Shown: positions 39,387 to 48,900 of the stretch, piece after piece
How positions within the stretch are numbered: position 1 is the first letter of the stretch
Layout of the letters: each line of letters begins with the position of its first letter
NCBI GenBank assembly: GCA_039714255.1
Contig: JBDLJQ010000001.1
Span: forward strand, 13,818-77,817
Source of the DNA: Acidobacteriota bacterium
GTDB taxonomy: Bacteria > Acidobacteriota > Aminicenantia > UBA2199
Length of the DNA: 64,000 bases
Direction: 5' to 3'
The notes under the pieces: model-generated
What the model saw: the letters and a program-made list of their open reading frames with translations, nothing else
Database searches by the model: none
Told to the model about the DNA's origin: nothing
Position numbers and translations under genes: made by a program

Positions 39387-40521
39387 CCTGTCCCCTCTTT
39401 AATGTCAGAATAGAAACAAAGGTTATAAATATCACAGAAGCCAGGGGGATAAGAAAAGTTAAGGTAACAGAACGGTCGGCAATCATACCCATGAAGAATG
39501 GAATTATTGCACCGCCTACTATTGCCATTACCAGCAACCCTGACAACTCATTATTCTTTTCCGGAAACTTATCCACAAGGATGGAAAAAATAAGCGGGAA
39601 AATATTTCCAAATGCCAGTCCTGTTAAAAATATTGAACCTATTACAACAAACTTAATTTTAATAAATAACCCCAGTATACCTAAAACGGAAAAGATCGAT
39701 GTTAATAAAAAGAATTTTGAAGGAGATATCCAGTTTAATATAATTGAGCCCAGAAGCCTCCCGATCATAAGAGCAAAGAAAAAGAATCCGATACTCAGAG
39801 TTGCCAGCGATTTTATATCAAGGTTGAACAGATCGTGAAGGTAAGTTGCTATCCATGAATTTATCCCGACCTCCGCACCTACATATAGAAAAATCCCGAA
39901 AACCATCATAAAAATATATGGGTCGCGTAAAAGTGCAAAGCTCGATCTTATACTTGCCCTCTCCTCTTTTTCCCCGCTTTTCTCTTTTATCCTGAAAAAG
40001 AAGATAAGAAAAAGTGTAATAGCTGTCAGGAAAGCATAAAGTGGAAAAAGATCTTTCCAGTTTTTCAGGATCACGAGCCCTATCAGGAATGGCCCCGCAA
40101 GAGAACCTATTGCCTTAATGAACTGGGCAAAAGTCAGATTCCTCGAAAAATTCCCCTCACTGGAAACCTCTCTCATAACAGGATTACCTGCAACCTGCAG
40201 GACTGTGATTCCGGAACCTACCAGAAATATTGATAAAACCAGGAGATAAAAACTTGAGAGAGAAATAACAGGGATCATAAATCCGATAAGTACCACAATT
40301 AATCCCAGCAATAAAACAAACCTTTTCCCTTTTCTATCAGAAAGAACTCCAAAGGGTACGGAAAATATACCATATGCCATAAACCCTACAAATGGCAAAA
40401 GCCCTGCTATGGTTTTTGATATTTCAAACTCTTCTCTGGCAAAAGCAACCAGAGTGCCCACAATATCTCCAAAACCCATTATAAAGAATACAAAAAACAC
40501 AGAAAATACTCTGATCCTCAT
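39370..40521 (-). CDS. MFS transporter (sugar porter, FucP/glucose-galactose-like)
   Basis: 383 aa, about 12 TM segments, and the DRKGKR loop motif between TM2 and TM3. Confidence 0.8.
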   Translation of the reverse strand: MRIRVFSVFFVFFIMGFGDIVGTLVAFAREEFEISKTIAGLLPFVGFMAYGIFSVPFGVLSDRKGKRFVLLLGLIVVLIGFMIPVISLSSFYLLVLSIFLVGSGITVLQVAGNPVMREVSSEGNFSRNLTFAQFIKAIGSLAGPFLIGLVILKNWKDLFPLYAFLTAITLFLIFFFRIKEKSGEKEERASIRSSFALLRDPYIFMMVFGIFLYVGAEVGINSWIATYLHDLFNLDIKSLATLSIGFFFFALMIGRLLGSIILNWISPSKFFLLTSIFSVLGILGLFIKIKFVVIGSIFLTGLAFGNIFPLIFSILVDKFPEKNNELSGLLVMAIVGGAIIPFFMGMIADRSVTLTFLIPLASVIFITFVSILTLKRGQDGLQK

Positions 40522-40605
40522 TTTTACCTCACTTATTTCAATTTATTAAAATTTAAGTTTAAATAAAATTCAAAAGTATATCAATATCTAAATAGTTTAG
40601 ATTAA

Positions 40606-40625
40606 AAAAAAGTGCCTGTCCCCAT
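40606..40625 (+). repeat. direct repeat copy 1a (aaaaaagtgcctgtccccat)
   Basis: Identical 20-mer at 40776-40795. The 18-nt core is also at 58953-58970 and 59247-59264. Confidence 0.95.
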
Positions 40626-40775
40626 CCCATGTGGTTGGCTCTCGCCGTCATCTGCAACGCTTCCCGCTACGGATGTTATCATCCGCTTAACGCTGCTGGC
40701 TGCGGAGCGATCGGCATTCGAGCCGCTCCTGTAGTGCCCGCTTTAGCAGAAGGACGGCTGCGCCAAAATTGAAAG
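40626..40775. ncRNA. candidate structured ncRNA, or a TIR-bearing miniature element (GC-rich island). Family unknown and strand undetermined.
   Basis: 89 of 145 bases are G+C over 40621-40765, against AT-rich flanks. Long-range helix or TIR between 40637-40655 and 40746-40764. Hairpins at 40670-40685 and 40704-40729. No SD-preceded ORF. Confidence 0.3.
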
Positions 40776-40795
40776 AAAAAAGTGCCTGTCCCCAT
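40776..40795 (+). repeat. direct repeat copy 1b (aaaaaagtgcctgtccccat)
   Basis: Perfect copy of 40606-40625, 170 nt downstream. Confidence 0.95.
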
Positions 40796-40810
40796 TTTGT
40801 TATTATAATA

Positions 40811-40856
40811 TTGCAAAGAAAATTTTATTGTGTTACGATATTTTATTAAATAGCAC
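40811..40856 (+). promoter_or_regulatory. putative nik operon promoter (TTGCAA-17-TACGAT) overlapped by a candidate NikR operator (GTGTTAC-N13-ATAGCAC)
   Basis: TTGCAA at 40811-40816 and TACGAT at 40834-40839. GTGTTAC at 40830-40836, then 13 nt, then ATAGCAC at 40850-40856, which is 5 of 7 matches to the GTAACAC half-site as I recall it. Lies 28 nt upstream of the first nik gene, and nikR is encoded at the other end of the operon. Confidence 0.35.
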
Positions 40857-40883
40857 TGCCAGACAGATTTTCGGGAGGATCAG

Positions 40884-41351
40884 ATGAATATGTTAAAAAA
40901 CTGTTCCCTGTTTATTTTATTTTTTCTGTTCTATTCACTCATCTTTTCTCATAGCATAACCTATAAAAATATCAATGGCGGTATTGGCCTGCAGGTTAAT
41001 TATGACAGCGGAGATCCTGTTTCCGAAGCTGATGTTCAAATATTTTCCCCCACTGACAGAGAATTGATATTTCAACATTTATCGACAGATATAAACGGCA
41101 GGTTTCTTTTCTATCCTGATAAAACAGGAAAGTGGAAAATTAATGTAAATGATGGAATGGGACACGGGCTTGTAAAAGAGATCATAATAGAAAATTTACA
41201 AACAAAAAAAATATCAGAGACAGAACATCCGGAATATAACAGATTTCACAAAATAGTGATCGGAGTTTCAATTATTTTCGGTCTTACAGGAATACTTTTT
41301 TTCCTGTCTGCAAAGAAATATTTAAAACGGAGCAATAATGCACATCCCTGA
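40884..41351 (+). CDS. putative periplasmic Ni/Co-binding accessory component of the ECF importer (NikK/DUF4198-like beta-sandwich with C-terminal TM)
   Basis: Signal peptide, then a short beta-rich domain (DVQIFSP...INGRFLFYPDKTGKWKINVNDGMGHG), then a TM anchor. GGAGG RBS. Overlaps the cbiM start. Confidence 0.5.
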   Translation: MNMLKNCSLFILFFLFYSLIFSHSITYKNINGGIGLQVNYDSGDPVSEADVQIFSPTDRELIFQHLSTDINGRFLFYPDKTGKWKINVNDGMGHGLVKEIIIENLQTKKISETEHPEYNRFHKIVIGVSIIFGLTGILFFLSAKKYLKRSNNAHP

Positions 41352-41958
41352 CGGATTCCTGAACCTCCCGGTTTTATTGTCAACAGGGGCAATTTCAGGC
41401 GCTTTCCTTATCCCTTCTGTCAACAAGATCAACAGGGAGTCCACACCTGACAGAATACCATTAATGGGACTCTCAGCAGCTTTTGTTTTTGCAGCACAGA
41501 TACTGAGTTTTCCCGTTTTCGGAGGCACTTCAGCTCATATTTCCGGAGCAGTCCTTATATCAATTTTACTGGGGCCTATGTCCGGATTTTTAATAACTGC
41601 TGCAGCAGTCATTCTTCAGGCTCTGCTTTTTCAACATGGAGGAGTTTTAACTCTCGGGGCAAATATTTTGAATATAGCTATATTACAATCATTTCTGGGA
41701 TACTATATTTTCAGGATCTTCTCCCGGAAATTTTATTCAGCCGGGATTATAATTGCTACGTTTATTGCTTTGATCCTTGGAGCGACAATATGCGCATTTG
41801 AATTGATCCTTTCAGGAACTATACCTTTAAAAGAGGGGTTGATCGCAATGATATCTTCCCATATAATAACAGGTTTTATAGAGAGCGGGGTTACTCTCCT
41901 TATAATAGGGATGATCAAAAAGCTAACCCCGAAACTCCTTGAACTTAAAAAGATATGA
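41338..41958 (+). CDS. cbiM: ECF-type nickel/cobalt transporter substrate-capture subunit CbiM/NikM
   Basis: N-terminal MHIPDGFL, the hallmark metal-binding N-terminus of CbiM/NikM. Multi-TM, 206 aa. Confidence 0.9.
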   Translation: MHIPDGFLNLPVLLSTGAISGAFLIPSVNKINRESTPDRIPLMGLSAAFVFAAQILSFPVFGGTSAHISGAVLISILLGPMSGFLITAAAVILQALLFQHGGVLTLGANILNIAILQSFLGYYIFRIFSRKFYSAGIIIATFIALILGATICAFELILSGTIPLKEGLIAMISSHIITGFIESGVTLLIIGMIKKLTPKLLELKKI

Positions 41959-42590
41959 AACACTCATTCTGGGACAATTACAGTACTATTAAAAGCCCTG
42001 TACACAAAATCAGCCCCGGGATCAAATTGATTACTGCTTTTTTACTTCTGATGATTCTGGCTGTCCTTCCCTATAGATATCTTCTCTGGGGCGCACCGGC
42101 CATTACGGTTTTTCTTCTTATCTCAACTTTGATCTCGAAAATACCTCTCATCCCGACTCTCAGGAGGATACTTATAATACTTCCCATTGTGGTGCCCGTT
42201 ATCCTGATAAATTCTGTTTTCATGACAAATGGGGGAAAAAATTCACTTGTCCTGGCAATTAGATCTTTTTTAAGCATTTTTACACTTATAATTCTGATCT
42301 CTGTAACAAAATTCAGTGATATTTTAAGGACATTGAGATCGTGGCATTTTCCAAAGATCCTCCTGATGATACTCTCATTCATGTACAGATATTTTTTCCT
42401 TCTCACCGATGAACTTGAAAAAATGGTCAGGGCAACAAAAATGCGGTGGGGGAAGAGGAGTGGTTTGAAGGTTATTAAAGTTTACGGGCAGATTCTTGGG
42501 ATACTATTTATTAAAAGTTACATTCGTGCCGAGAGGGTATACCATGCAATGGTAATGAGAGGATTTAACGGAAACGGAGATATTATATGA
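41955..42590 (+). CDS. cbiQ: ECF transporter transmembrane (T) component CbiQ/NikQ
   Basis: 211-aa multi-TM protein. Position between cbiM and cbiO, with 4-nt overlaps on both sides. Confidence 0.8.
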   Translation: MKHSFWDNYSTIKSPVHKISPGIKLITAFLLLMILAVLPYRYLLWGAPAITVFLLISTLISKIPLIPTLRRILIILPIVVPVILINSVFMTNGGKNSLVLAIRSFLSIFTLIILISVTKFSDILRTLRSWHFPKILLMILSFMYRYFFLLTDELEKMVRATKMRWGKRSGLKVIKVYGQILGILFIKSYIRAERVYHAMVMRGFNGNGDII

Positions 42591-43306
42591 AATCCATCGA
42601 GGTAAAAAATATCAGCTATACTTATCCTGATGGGATAGAAGTATTCAGGAATATATCTTATTCTGTATCCGGAGGGGAATCTTTTGGGATTGTGGGCCCT
42701 AACGGAGCAGGAAAAACTACAATGCTTCTTGCATTATCAGGATTGATAGACATTGCAGGTGATATTATTATTGAAGAAAATAAGATAAACAAAAAAAATA
42801 TCAGGGAGATCAGAAAGAAGATAAGTTATGTTTTTCAAAACCCTGATGATCAGTTATTCATGCCCACGGTATTTGAAGATATATCTTTCGGCCTTGAAAA
42901 ACTTGGCTATTCGGATGAACAGATCAGAACAGAAGTGGAAAGATCACTTGAGATGGTAAGCCTTGAAGGTTTTGAAGAGAGGAGCAGCCACCACCTGAGC
43001 CTGGGACAGAAAAAAAGGGTGAATCTTGCATCCGCATTTGCACGAAATTCCGGAATACTACTTCTTGACGAACCGACAAATGAACTTGATCCGAAGGGCA
43101 GGAGAGATTTTATTGAGCTTATTCAAAAATTCAAAGGTACAAAGGTTATAGTAAGTCATGACCTTAACATGATTGCAGAATTATGTAATAAAGTGATGAT
43201 CCTGAATAATAAAAAAATTGAATCAATGGGAGAGACAAAGAAGATCCTTTCCAATAAAAAGCTGATGGAAGAAAATTCCCTTGAAGTACCCTGTATCTTA
43301 AAATAG
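42587..43306 (+). CDS. cbiO: ECF transporter ATPase CbiO/NikO
   Basis: Walker A GPNGAGKTT, signature LSLGQKKR, and Walker B LLLDEP. Confidence 0.9.
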   Translation: MKSIEVKNISYTYPDGIEVFRNISYSVSGGESFGIVGPNGAGKTTMLLALSGLIDIAGDIIIEENKINKKNIREIRKKISYVFQNPDDQLFMPTVFEDISFGLEKLGYSDEQIRTEVERSLEMVSLEGFEERSSHHLSLGQKKRVNLASAFARNSGILLLDEPTNELDPKGRRDFIELIQKFKGTKVIVSHDLNMIAELCNKVMILNNKKIESMGETKKILSNKKLMEENSLEVPCILK

Positions 43307-43314
43307 AAAGGGAA

Positions 43315-43734
43315 TTATTGCAGGTCTGACCCCGTGGAGGTCATAATAAGTTTCCCGTGTTTTGTTCCACGTGTACTTGCCAACTGGTCGGTGATCTTTT
43401 TAATTTCCGAACTTTTTCCCTTTAGAATTATAACCTCGAGGCAATTGTGGTGATCTATATGAACATGGGTTGTTGACCGGATAACATCAAGGTTCTCATG
43501 CTGAATATTGTTAAGGATATTAGATAATTCATTCTGATGATGATCATATACCAGGCTGAAAACTCCAACAGTTTCTTTATCCCCGTCGCCCCATTCTTTA
43601 GATACAAGCTCTTCACGAATAAGGTCTCTGATGGCCTCGGAACGGTTTTTATATCCCTTCCCTTCTATAAGGGTATCAAATTTTTTTAAAAGATCAGAAT
43701 CAAGTGAAACACCGAACCTTGTAACTTTTGACAT
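43315..43734 (-). CDS. nikR: nickel-responsive regulator NikR (RHH + ACT-like metal-binding domain)
   Basis: RHH N-terminus (TRFGVSLDSDLLKKFD) and a His/Cys cluster HVHIDHHNCLEV. 139 aa. Confidence 0.9.
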   Translation of the reverse strand: MSKVTRFGVSLDSDLLKKFDTLIEGKGYKNRSEAIRDLIREELVSKEWGDGDKETVGVFSLVYDHHQNELSNILNNIQHENLDVIRSTTHVHIDHHNCLEVIILKGKSSEIKKITDQLASTRGTKHGKLIMTSTGSDLQ

Positions 43735-43845
43735 AACATCTCCTCTCTCAAAATTATAATATCAAAATCAAAAATAAGTCAAACCTTTAAACTATTAAAC
43801 ATTCTCCCCCGCAAAACTTTAATATAAGGTATTCTCAGGTGATTC

Positions 43846-45900
43846 TTAAATATATCCAAGTGATTTGAGCGATTCAATATCACTCTTTCTTAACTTTGGT
43901 TTTAATATTTCAAACTTAATCTTTTCTGATCTCTTTATGTGATTAAAAAGATTGAAAAGAAGAGTTTTTCTGATTATTGTTTCCCCTTCAACAGGATTCT
44001 TTTCCCCGGGATCCTTTTCCAGATCATAAAGTTTGGCTCTTTCAGGTGAGAATGGGAAGTGAGTGATAAGTTTAAATGGATATTGCTGGGTCATATATCC
44101 CGGATAATTGAATATATTAATTGATCTTGCAATTAGTCTCCTGCCAGTATCTTTACTAAACAGATTCCTGCCGGACGTAACATTAGAATAAGGGTAGGAA
44201 AGCCCGAATATTTCAGTAATAGTTTTCACAAGATCTGATGTAATCACCTGACAGTCATAATGTTTTCCTTTTTTCCCGGGAATTTTAATAACCAAAGGTA
44301 TCCTTAAACCCTGTTGGTAAAGAACATGCCCGTGACCAATATTACCATTTTCTCCGATCGCCTCTCCATGATCGGAAAGAAACACTATCATTGTATCGCG
44401 GAGGAGTTTTCTGTTTTTTAATATTGAGATTATCCTGCCAAATACCATATCACCATATGCAAGATTTTCATCATAGATTTTTTTCAATAATTCTGTTTTT
44501 GGCCCCTCTTTTATGAAACTTTGGCCAAAAGCTTTCCCGAAATCCTTAAAATCCTTAGAAAGGGAAGTAAATTTACTCTGAAATTTTCCTAAGAATGGAT
44601 GGGGCATAATAAACGGATCATGAGGTTCGCGTATATGAAGGTAAATGAAAAAAGGCTTTTCTCCTGCTTTTTCCAGCATATTTTCAAAGGGTTTGATAAA
44701 TTCCGCAGCATCAACTACCGGATGGTCAGAAAATAACTCAAGAAAATCAGTAAATCCTATATTATAGTTAAATGCCTTACTATAATTCGGGTTACCTGTT
44801 ATGGAACCTGTATAATAACCTTTTATACTGAAAAGTTTTGCAAGGGTAATGCTTTTTTTGTTCAATGAAGAATATTGTTTTGAGATAACACTATGAAAGT
44901 CCGGGGGAAGCCCTGTAAGTAGTGTTCCGGTTGAAGCCAGGGTATATGAAGCTTCAGAATAACAATTTCTGAAAACAAAAGAATCTTTTGAAAAAGAGTC
45001 TATATTTGGCGTTGTATCTCTTTTATGGCCATTGTAACCCATATGATCATTTCTGGCTGCATCAAGAAGAATAAAAAGGAGATTTTTCCCTTTAGTAATA
45101 ACAGTCATATCGTCAATATTTTTTCTACCAACAGGATTTGTCCGGGCAAGAAGACTGTTTTCAATTCTGATATAGTTACCTTTCTGTCCTTCAGGTGTTA
45201 TTCTCACTTCCTGGAATCTACCTCCTAACAATTTAATTTTGAGTTTTTTGAGATTACCAGCTTTTATATAATATTTCAGATTTTTACTTTCTGAAAATAT
45301 TTCAACTTTAAGATTTACTTTCCTTTTTCCATTCAGATCCAGGGTTAGAATTAACTCTTCATCATGAAACGGATTGATAAAATAACGGATAGTCCCGGGG
45401 AGAAACAGGACTTTGTCATCCCTTATAAGTTCCCGGAAATTTCTTATACGGGTTATCCTTTTCGGATAAATATCCAAACTTCTAAATCTAAGCCCGGGTG
45501 AAGATAAAATAGTGAGGGAGTTCCTGCCTCTATTTATTTTTTTACTACTGATAAATTTGTTTTTTGCAGTTAGATTAAACTCTTTTTTGTTTAATTTCGC
45601 AGAGATTCCTTCGGTATCAGTTTCATATTGAGCGTTGAGTATATACCTTTCAGGCTTCAGAGCAATAAACTCCAGGCTTCCTTCTCCTTTTGTGAGTTCC
45701 CTTGAGAGTCTCTTATCTGATCTGAAAATTGGCGGCCCCCAGTTACCTGTAAAATAATTTTCCATGGAAAAATCACTGAATGAGAATGATGTAACTCCAT
45801 CAATAGTTTCCGGAAAGTATTCAGTTTCACTCACAACCTTTTTGCCACATGAATTCAGGAAAATAGAAATTAAAAGAATATAGAGAATTAAATTCTTCAT
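43846..45900 (-). CDS. sulfatase-fold (alkaline-phosphatase superfamily) protein with an about 260-aa N-terminal domain of unknown function. Lacks the C/S-x-P-x-R formylglycine motif.
   Basis: Lipoprotein-like signal (LNSCG). LFILLDAARNDH metal site. By hand alignment the nucleophile region reads SYTLASTGTLLTG, with Thr where Cys/Ser-FGly would be, as in LtaS/EptA-like transferases. Confidence 0.7.
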   Translation of the reverse strand: MKNLILYILLISIFLNSCGKKVVSETEYFPETIDGVTSFSFSDFSMENYFTGNWGPPIFRSDKRLSRELTKGEGSLEFIALKPERYILNAQYETDTEGISAKLNKKEFNLTAKNKFISSKKINRGRNSLTILSSPGLRFRSLDIYPKRITRIRNFRELIRDDKVLFLPGTIRYFINPFHDEELILTLDLNGKRKVNLKVEIFSESKNLKYYIKAGNLKKLKIKLLGGRFQEVRITPEGQKGNYIRIENSLLARTNPVGRKNIDDMTVITKGKNLLFILLDAARNDHMGYNGHKRDTTPNIDSFSKDSFVFRNCYSEASYTLASTGTLLTGLPPDFHSVISKQYSSLNKKSITLAKLFSIKGYYTGSITGNPNYSKAFNYNIGFTDFLELFSDHPVVDAAEFIKPFENMLEKAGEKPFFIYLHIREPHDPFIMPHPFLGKFQSKFTSLSKDFKDFGKAFGQSFIKEGPKTELLKKIYDENLAYGDMVFGRIISILKNRKLLRDTMIVFLSDHGEAIGENGNIGHGHVLYQQGLRIPLVIKIPGKKGKHYDCQVITSDLVKTITEIFGLSYPYSNVTSGRNLFSKDTGRRLIARSINIFNYPGYMTQQYPFKLITHFPFSPERAKLYDLEKDPGEKNPVEGETIIRKTLLFNLFNHIKRSEKIKFEILKPKLRKSDIESLKSLGYI

Positions 45901-45949
45901 GGGAAGATGGTATAATAAAGTTTCATATATATCAAACAGATACTTTCCA

Positions 45950-48900
45950 TTATTCTATTTTAGAGTTAATTGTTTTTTCATACAGAAAGTCAGGTATGGA
46001 TTCAAGCAGATATTTCATTGAAAAACAGATCCTCAGATCTAATTCTCCGGAGCTCGAAGACTTCAGATCTGTTTCCAATATTTTTAATGTATCCTCTTCA
46101 AGCACTATATCAAATTTTTCAGAACTATAATAAAGTTTTCCGTTATCTTTGAAAAAAGATGTAACTATTTCATTATCCTTATAATTTATCTTCTTCAGGC
46201 CTTTTTCAAAATAGGGGAAAAACACTTTGTTTTCATCATTGAAACTTTCTTTTGTCAGGCTTATTCTCGGTTTATCCAGAAATGGTACACCTGCTGTGGG
46301 GCAAAATGAGGTACAATTACCACACTGATTACAGAGGTCAGTTATATTGAGCACCTGGTATTCCTGAGTTATGGCAAAGTTCTCTTTCCCCGCTTCAACA
46401 ATTTTTCCTCCTGATACTATTAAGAGCGGTATCCTGTGATCAACTTTTTTTCCCTTATATGGAACATTTGCCCTGTTGGGGCATACAGTGACACAAACAT
46501 TACACAACTCATCACAATAAAGACACCTTGATGCTTCAGTTATAGCTTCCTCTTCAGTAAAGGTTTCACTTATCAAGTTAAAATCAAGCCTGCTTGCTGC
46601 CTCCTTTTCCTTTATCGGCTTACCCTTTATTCTAATGGCCCGTTTTATATTTAATTCCGAAAATCGAGCCTTAGTTCCACTCTTCTCAGGTTTTACTTCT
46701 TTTTTCAGCCCTGATTCCTGCAAAATAATTTCTGCAGCTTCTCTGCCATCTCCAACAGCATTTACTACGGTTGAGCTTCCTGTTCCGGCATCTCCTCCAA
46801 CAAGGATATTTTCAAAACTTAATAAATTATGGATCCTTTTAAATCTGTTACTTTCTATTCCTGAAAATCCCAGATCCGGTTTCTGGCCCACAGCAGGAAT
46901 AACAGTATCAAAATTTAACTCTTTTTCAGAACCTTCGATTTTGACCGGATATTTCCTTCCACTCTTATCCACATCACTCAGTTTTGTCCTGAAACAAATA
47001 AGACCGCTGACTTTGCCATCTTTAACAATGATTTTTTGAGGAGCAGTCAACTCCTCAATTTTTATTCCCTCTTCCATAGCTGCACGTATCTCTTCGGGGT
47101 CAGCAGGCATCTCTTTTTTTGTCCGTCTGTATAATATCGTTACACTCCCCTCTTTCCCGGCGACCCGCAGAGCCGTTCGTGCCGTATCCATGGCAGTATT
47201 TCCACCACCGATAACGGCAATTTTTTCTCCAAGCTCAAACTTTCTCTTTTTTCTGATCTCTGATAAAAACAGAAGGGGGTCAATTACACCTTCGTTCTCT
47301 ATCCCTTCTATCTCAAGTTTCACATTTGAATGGGCACCGGAGGCAACAAATATAAAATCACTTTTCCCTCTTAATTCTTCAAACTTATTTTTATCTATTT
47401 CTGTATTGTAAAAGATATTAAACCCTGCTGAACTTATACGATTTATATCGGTTGCAACCGAACCATCCGGAAGCCTGAACGGAGGAATAACTCCTGAAGC
47501 CATACCCCCCGGTTCACTGTCCCTTTCATAAACTTCAACATCCACACCACTTCCGGCAAGATAGTAACTGCATGTTATTCCTGCAGGGCCCGCACCGATC
47601 ACAGAAACCTTTACATTTTTCCGGCTACCGGCTTCCTGGTTTGTATTTTCTTTACTAAATTTTTCCGCAAGGAATCTTTTTATCTCTTTTATTTTTAAAG
47701 GGGTGTCATAATTTGTTCTGGTACATTTTGTCTGACATTTGTGGTCACATACCATCCCTGTCAGGGTAGGAAATGGATTTGTATCCATCACAACATCAAA
47801 AGCCTTCCTGAACTCACCCTTTGCAGTATAGTAAAGATAGTCCGGGACTCTCTGGCCTGTTGAACAGGATGTTATACAGGGTGCCTTTATACAGTCAAAC
47901 AAACCCAAAGTTGTGGAGGTTTTTGTATCCCTTTCCCTGAAACCGGACCTCTTCAGTCCAGGTTCATCTGTCACCCTGTCTCCATAATCTGACAAGTTAT
48001 CAAATGCACTTTTTCCTTTATCCCGGTTTCCGGTTCCTCTGTATTTTGTTATAAATTCATCTATATTTTCCGATCCTGTTTTAATAATTTCATCATTAAG
48101 ATTGTCAAGATACTGCTTTAACCTTCCATATCCTCCCGGTTTCAATATATCCGAGCATACTGTTACCGGAATAAGGTTTGAAGCAATTAAATTTTTTATA
48201 TTAAAAGCATCTGCTCCTGCAGAAAATGATATATCAATATCACCATCCAGGTCTGTCCTGAACTGTTTTGCAATATTTACAGATATGGGATGGATCACAT
48301 TTCCGCTTAAATATGACATCTTCTCTTTTGAGGGAAGGTATCCTTTTTTATTCAGGCATTCCAGGGTATTGGTAAGCTTAAGGCCAAAAAAACGTCCCCG
48401 TTCCGAAGCCACTTTGCCAAGATTTTTTACAATATTAAGTGCTTCATCATATTTTATATCGTGTTCAAACGCTGAATCCGGCACTGTTATATCGTATTCA
48501 AGCCGATCATTAAGTATTTCTCTGATCATTTCAGGGCCGAGAAGTGTGGGATTAAGTTTAAGTGTTGTGTGAAGCCCTGACTCTTCAAGAAGAAATCTTC
48601 CGATTATCTCGATCTCATCAGAGGGTGTGCCGTGCATTGTAGAAAGGGTTATATTATCAGATATTTTGTCAGGTATATCCACTTCATAAACTTCAGGATA
48701 AATTTTTACCAGTTTTTGCAGCATTACTTCTTTTTCGACACTGCAATTCTGCATACTCTTTAAAAAACCCTGAACTTTATCCCCTTTGATCCCCTTAAGA
48801 TCATATCCCGCGCTCATATTAAAAATAAATCCATGATATTTTTTATTCCATCTGAATTTATCCTTTAATAAATGAATAATTATCCAGGCCTTAAGGTATT

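Noticed and set aside
39332-39838. 168-aa + strand ORF
   Set aside because: It is antisense to the MFS transporter and ROK genes. Its translation has no recognisable features.
40629-40772. A 47-codon ORF inside the GC-rich island (MWLALAVICNASRYGCYHPLNAAGCGAIGIRAAPVVPALAEGRLRQN), plus a GTG-initiated 40-codon frame starting in the repeat
   Set aside because: No Shine-Dalgarno sequence. The composition is simply what GC-rich DNA translates to. The extensive self-complementarity favours an RNA or DNA structural role. Kept only as a caveat.
40626-40775. SRP (4.5S) RNA, cobalamin riboswitch or NiCo riboswitch
   Set aside because: Short strings such as GCAACGCT and GCAGATGACG recall E. coli 4.5S RNA, but the invariant GGUCCGGAAGGAAGCAGC helix-8 motif is absent. 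I found no B12 box. GGGACAG-like strings recall the NiCo motif, but they belong to the flanking repeat, which recurs at an unrelated locus, and they are on the strand opposite to the nik genes. A covariance-model scan is needed to be sure.
40606-40795. CRISPR mini-array. Also considered for 58950-59270.
   Set aside because: There are only two repeats per locus. The 'spacers' are 150 and 267 nt, far longer than any CRISPR spacer. The repeat is A-rich and non-palindromic, and no cas genes are in the window.
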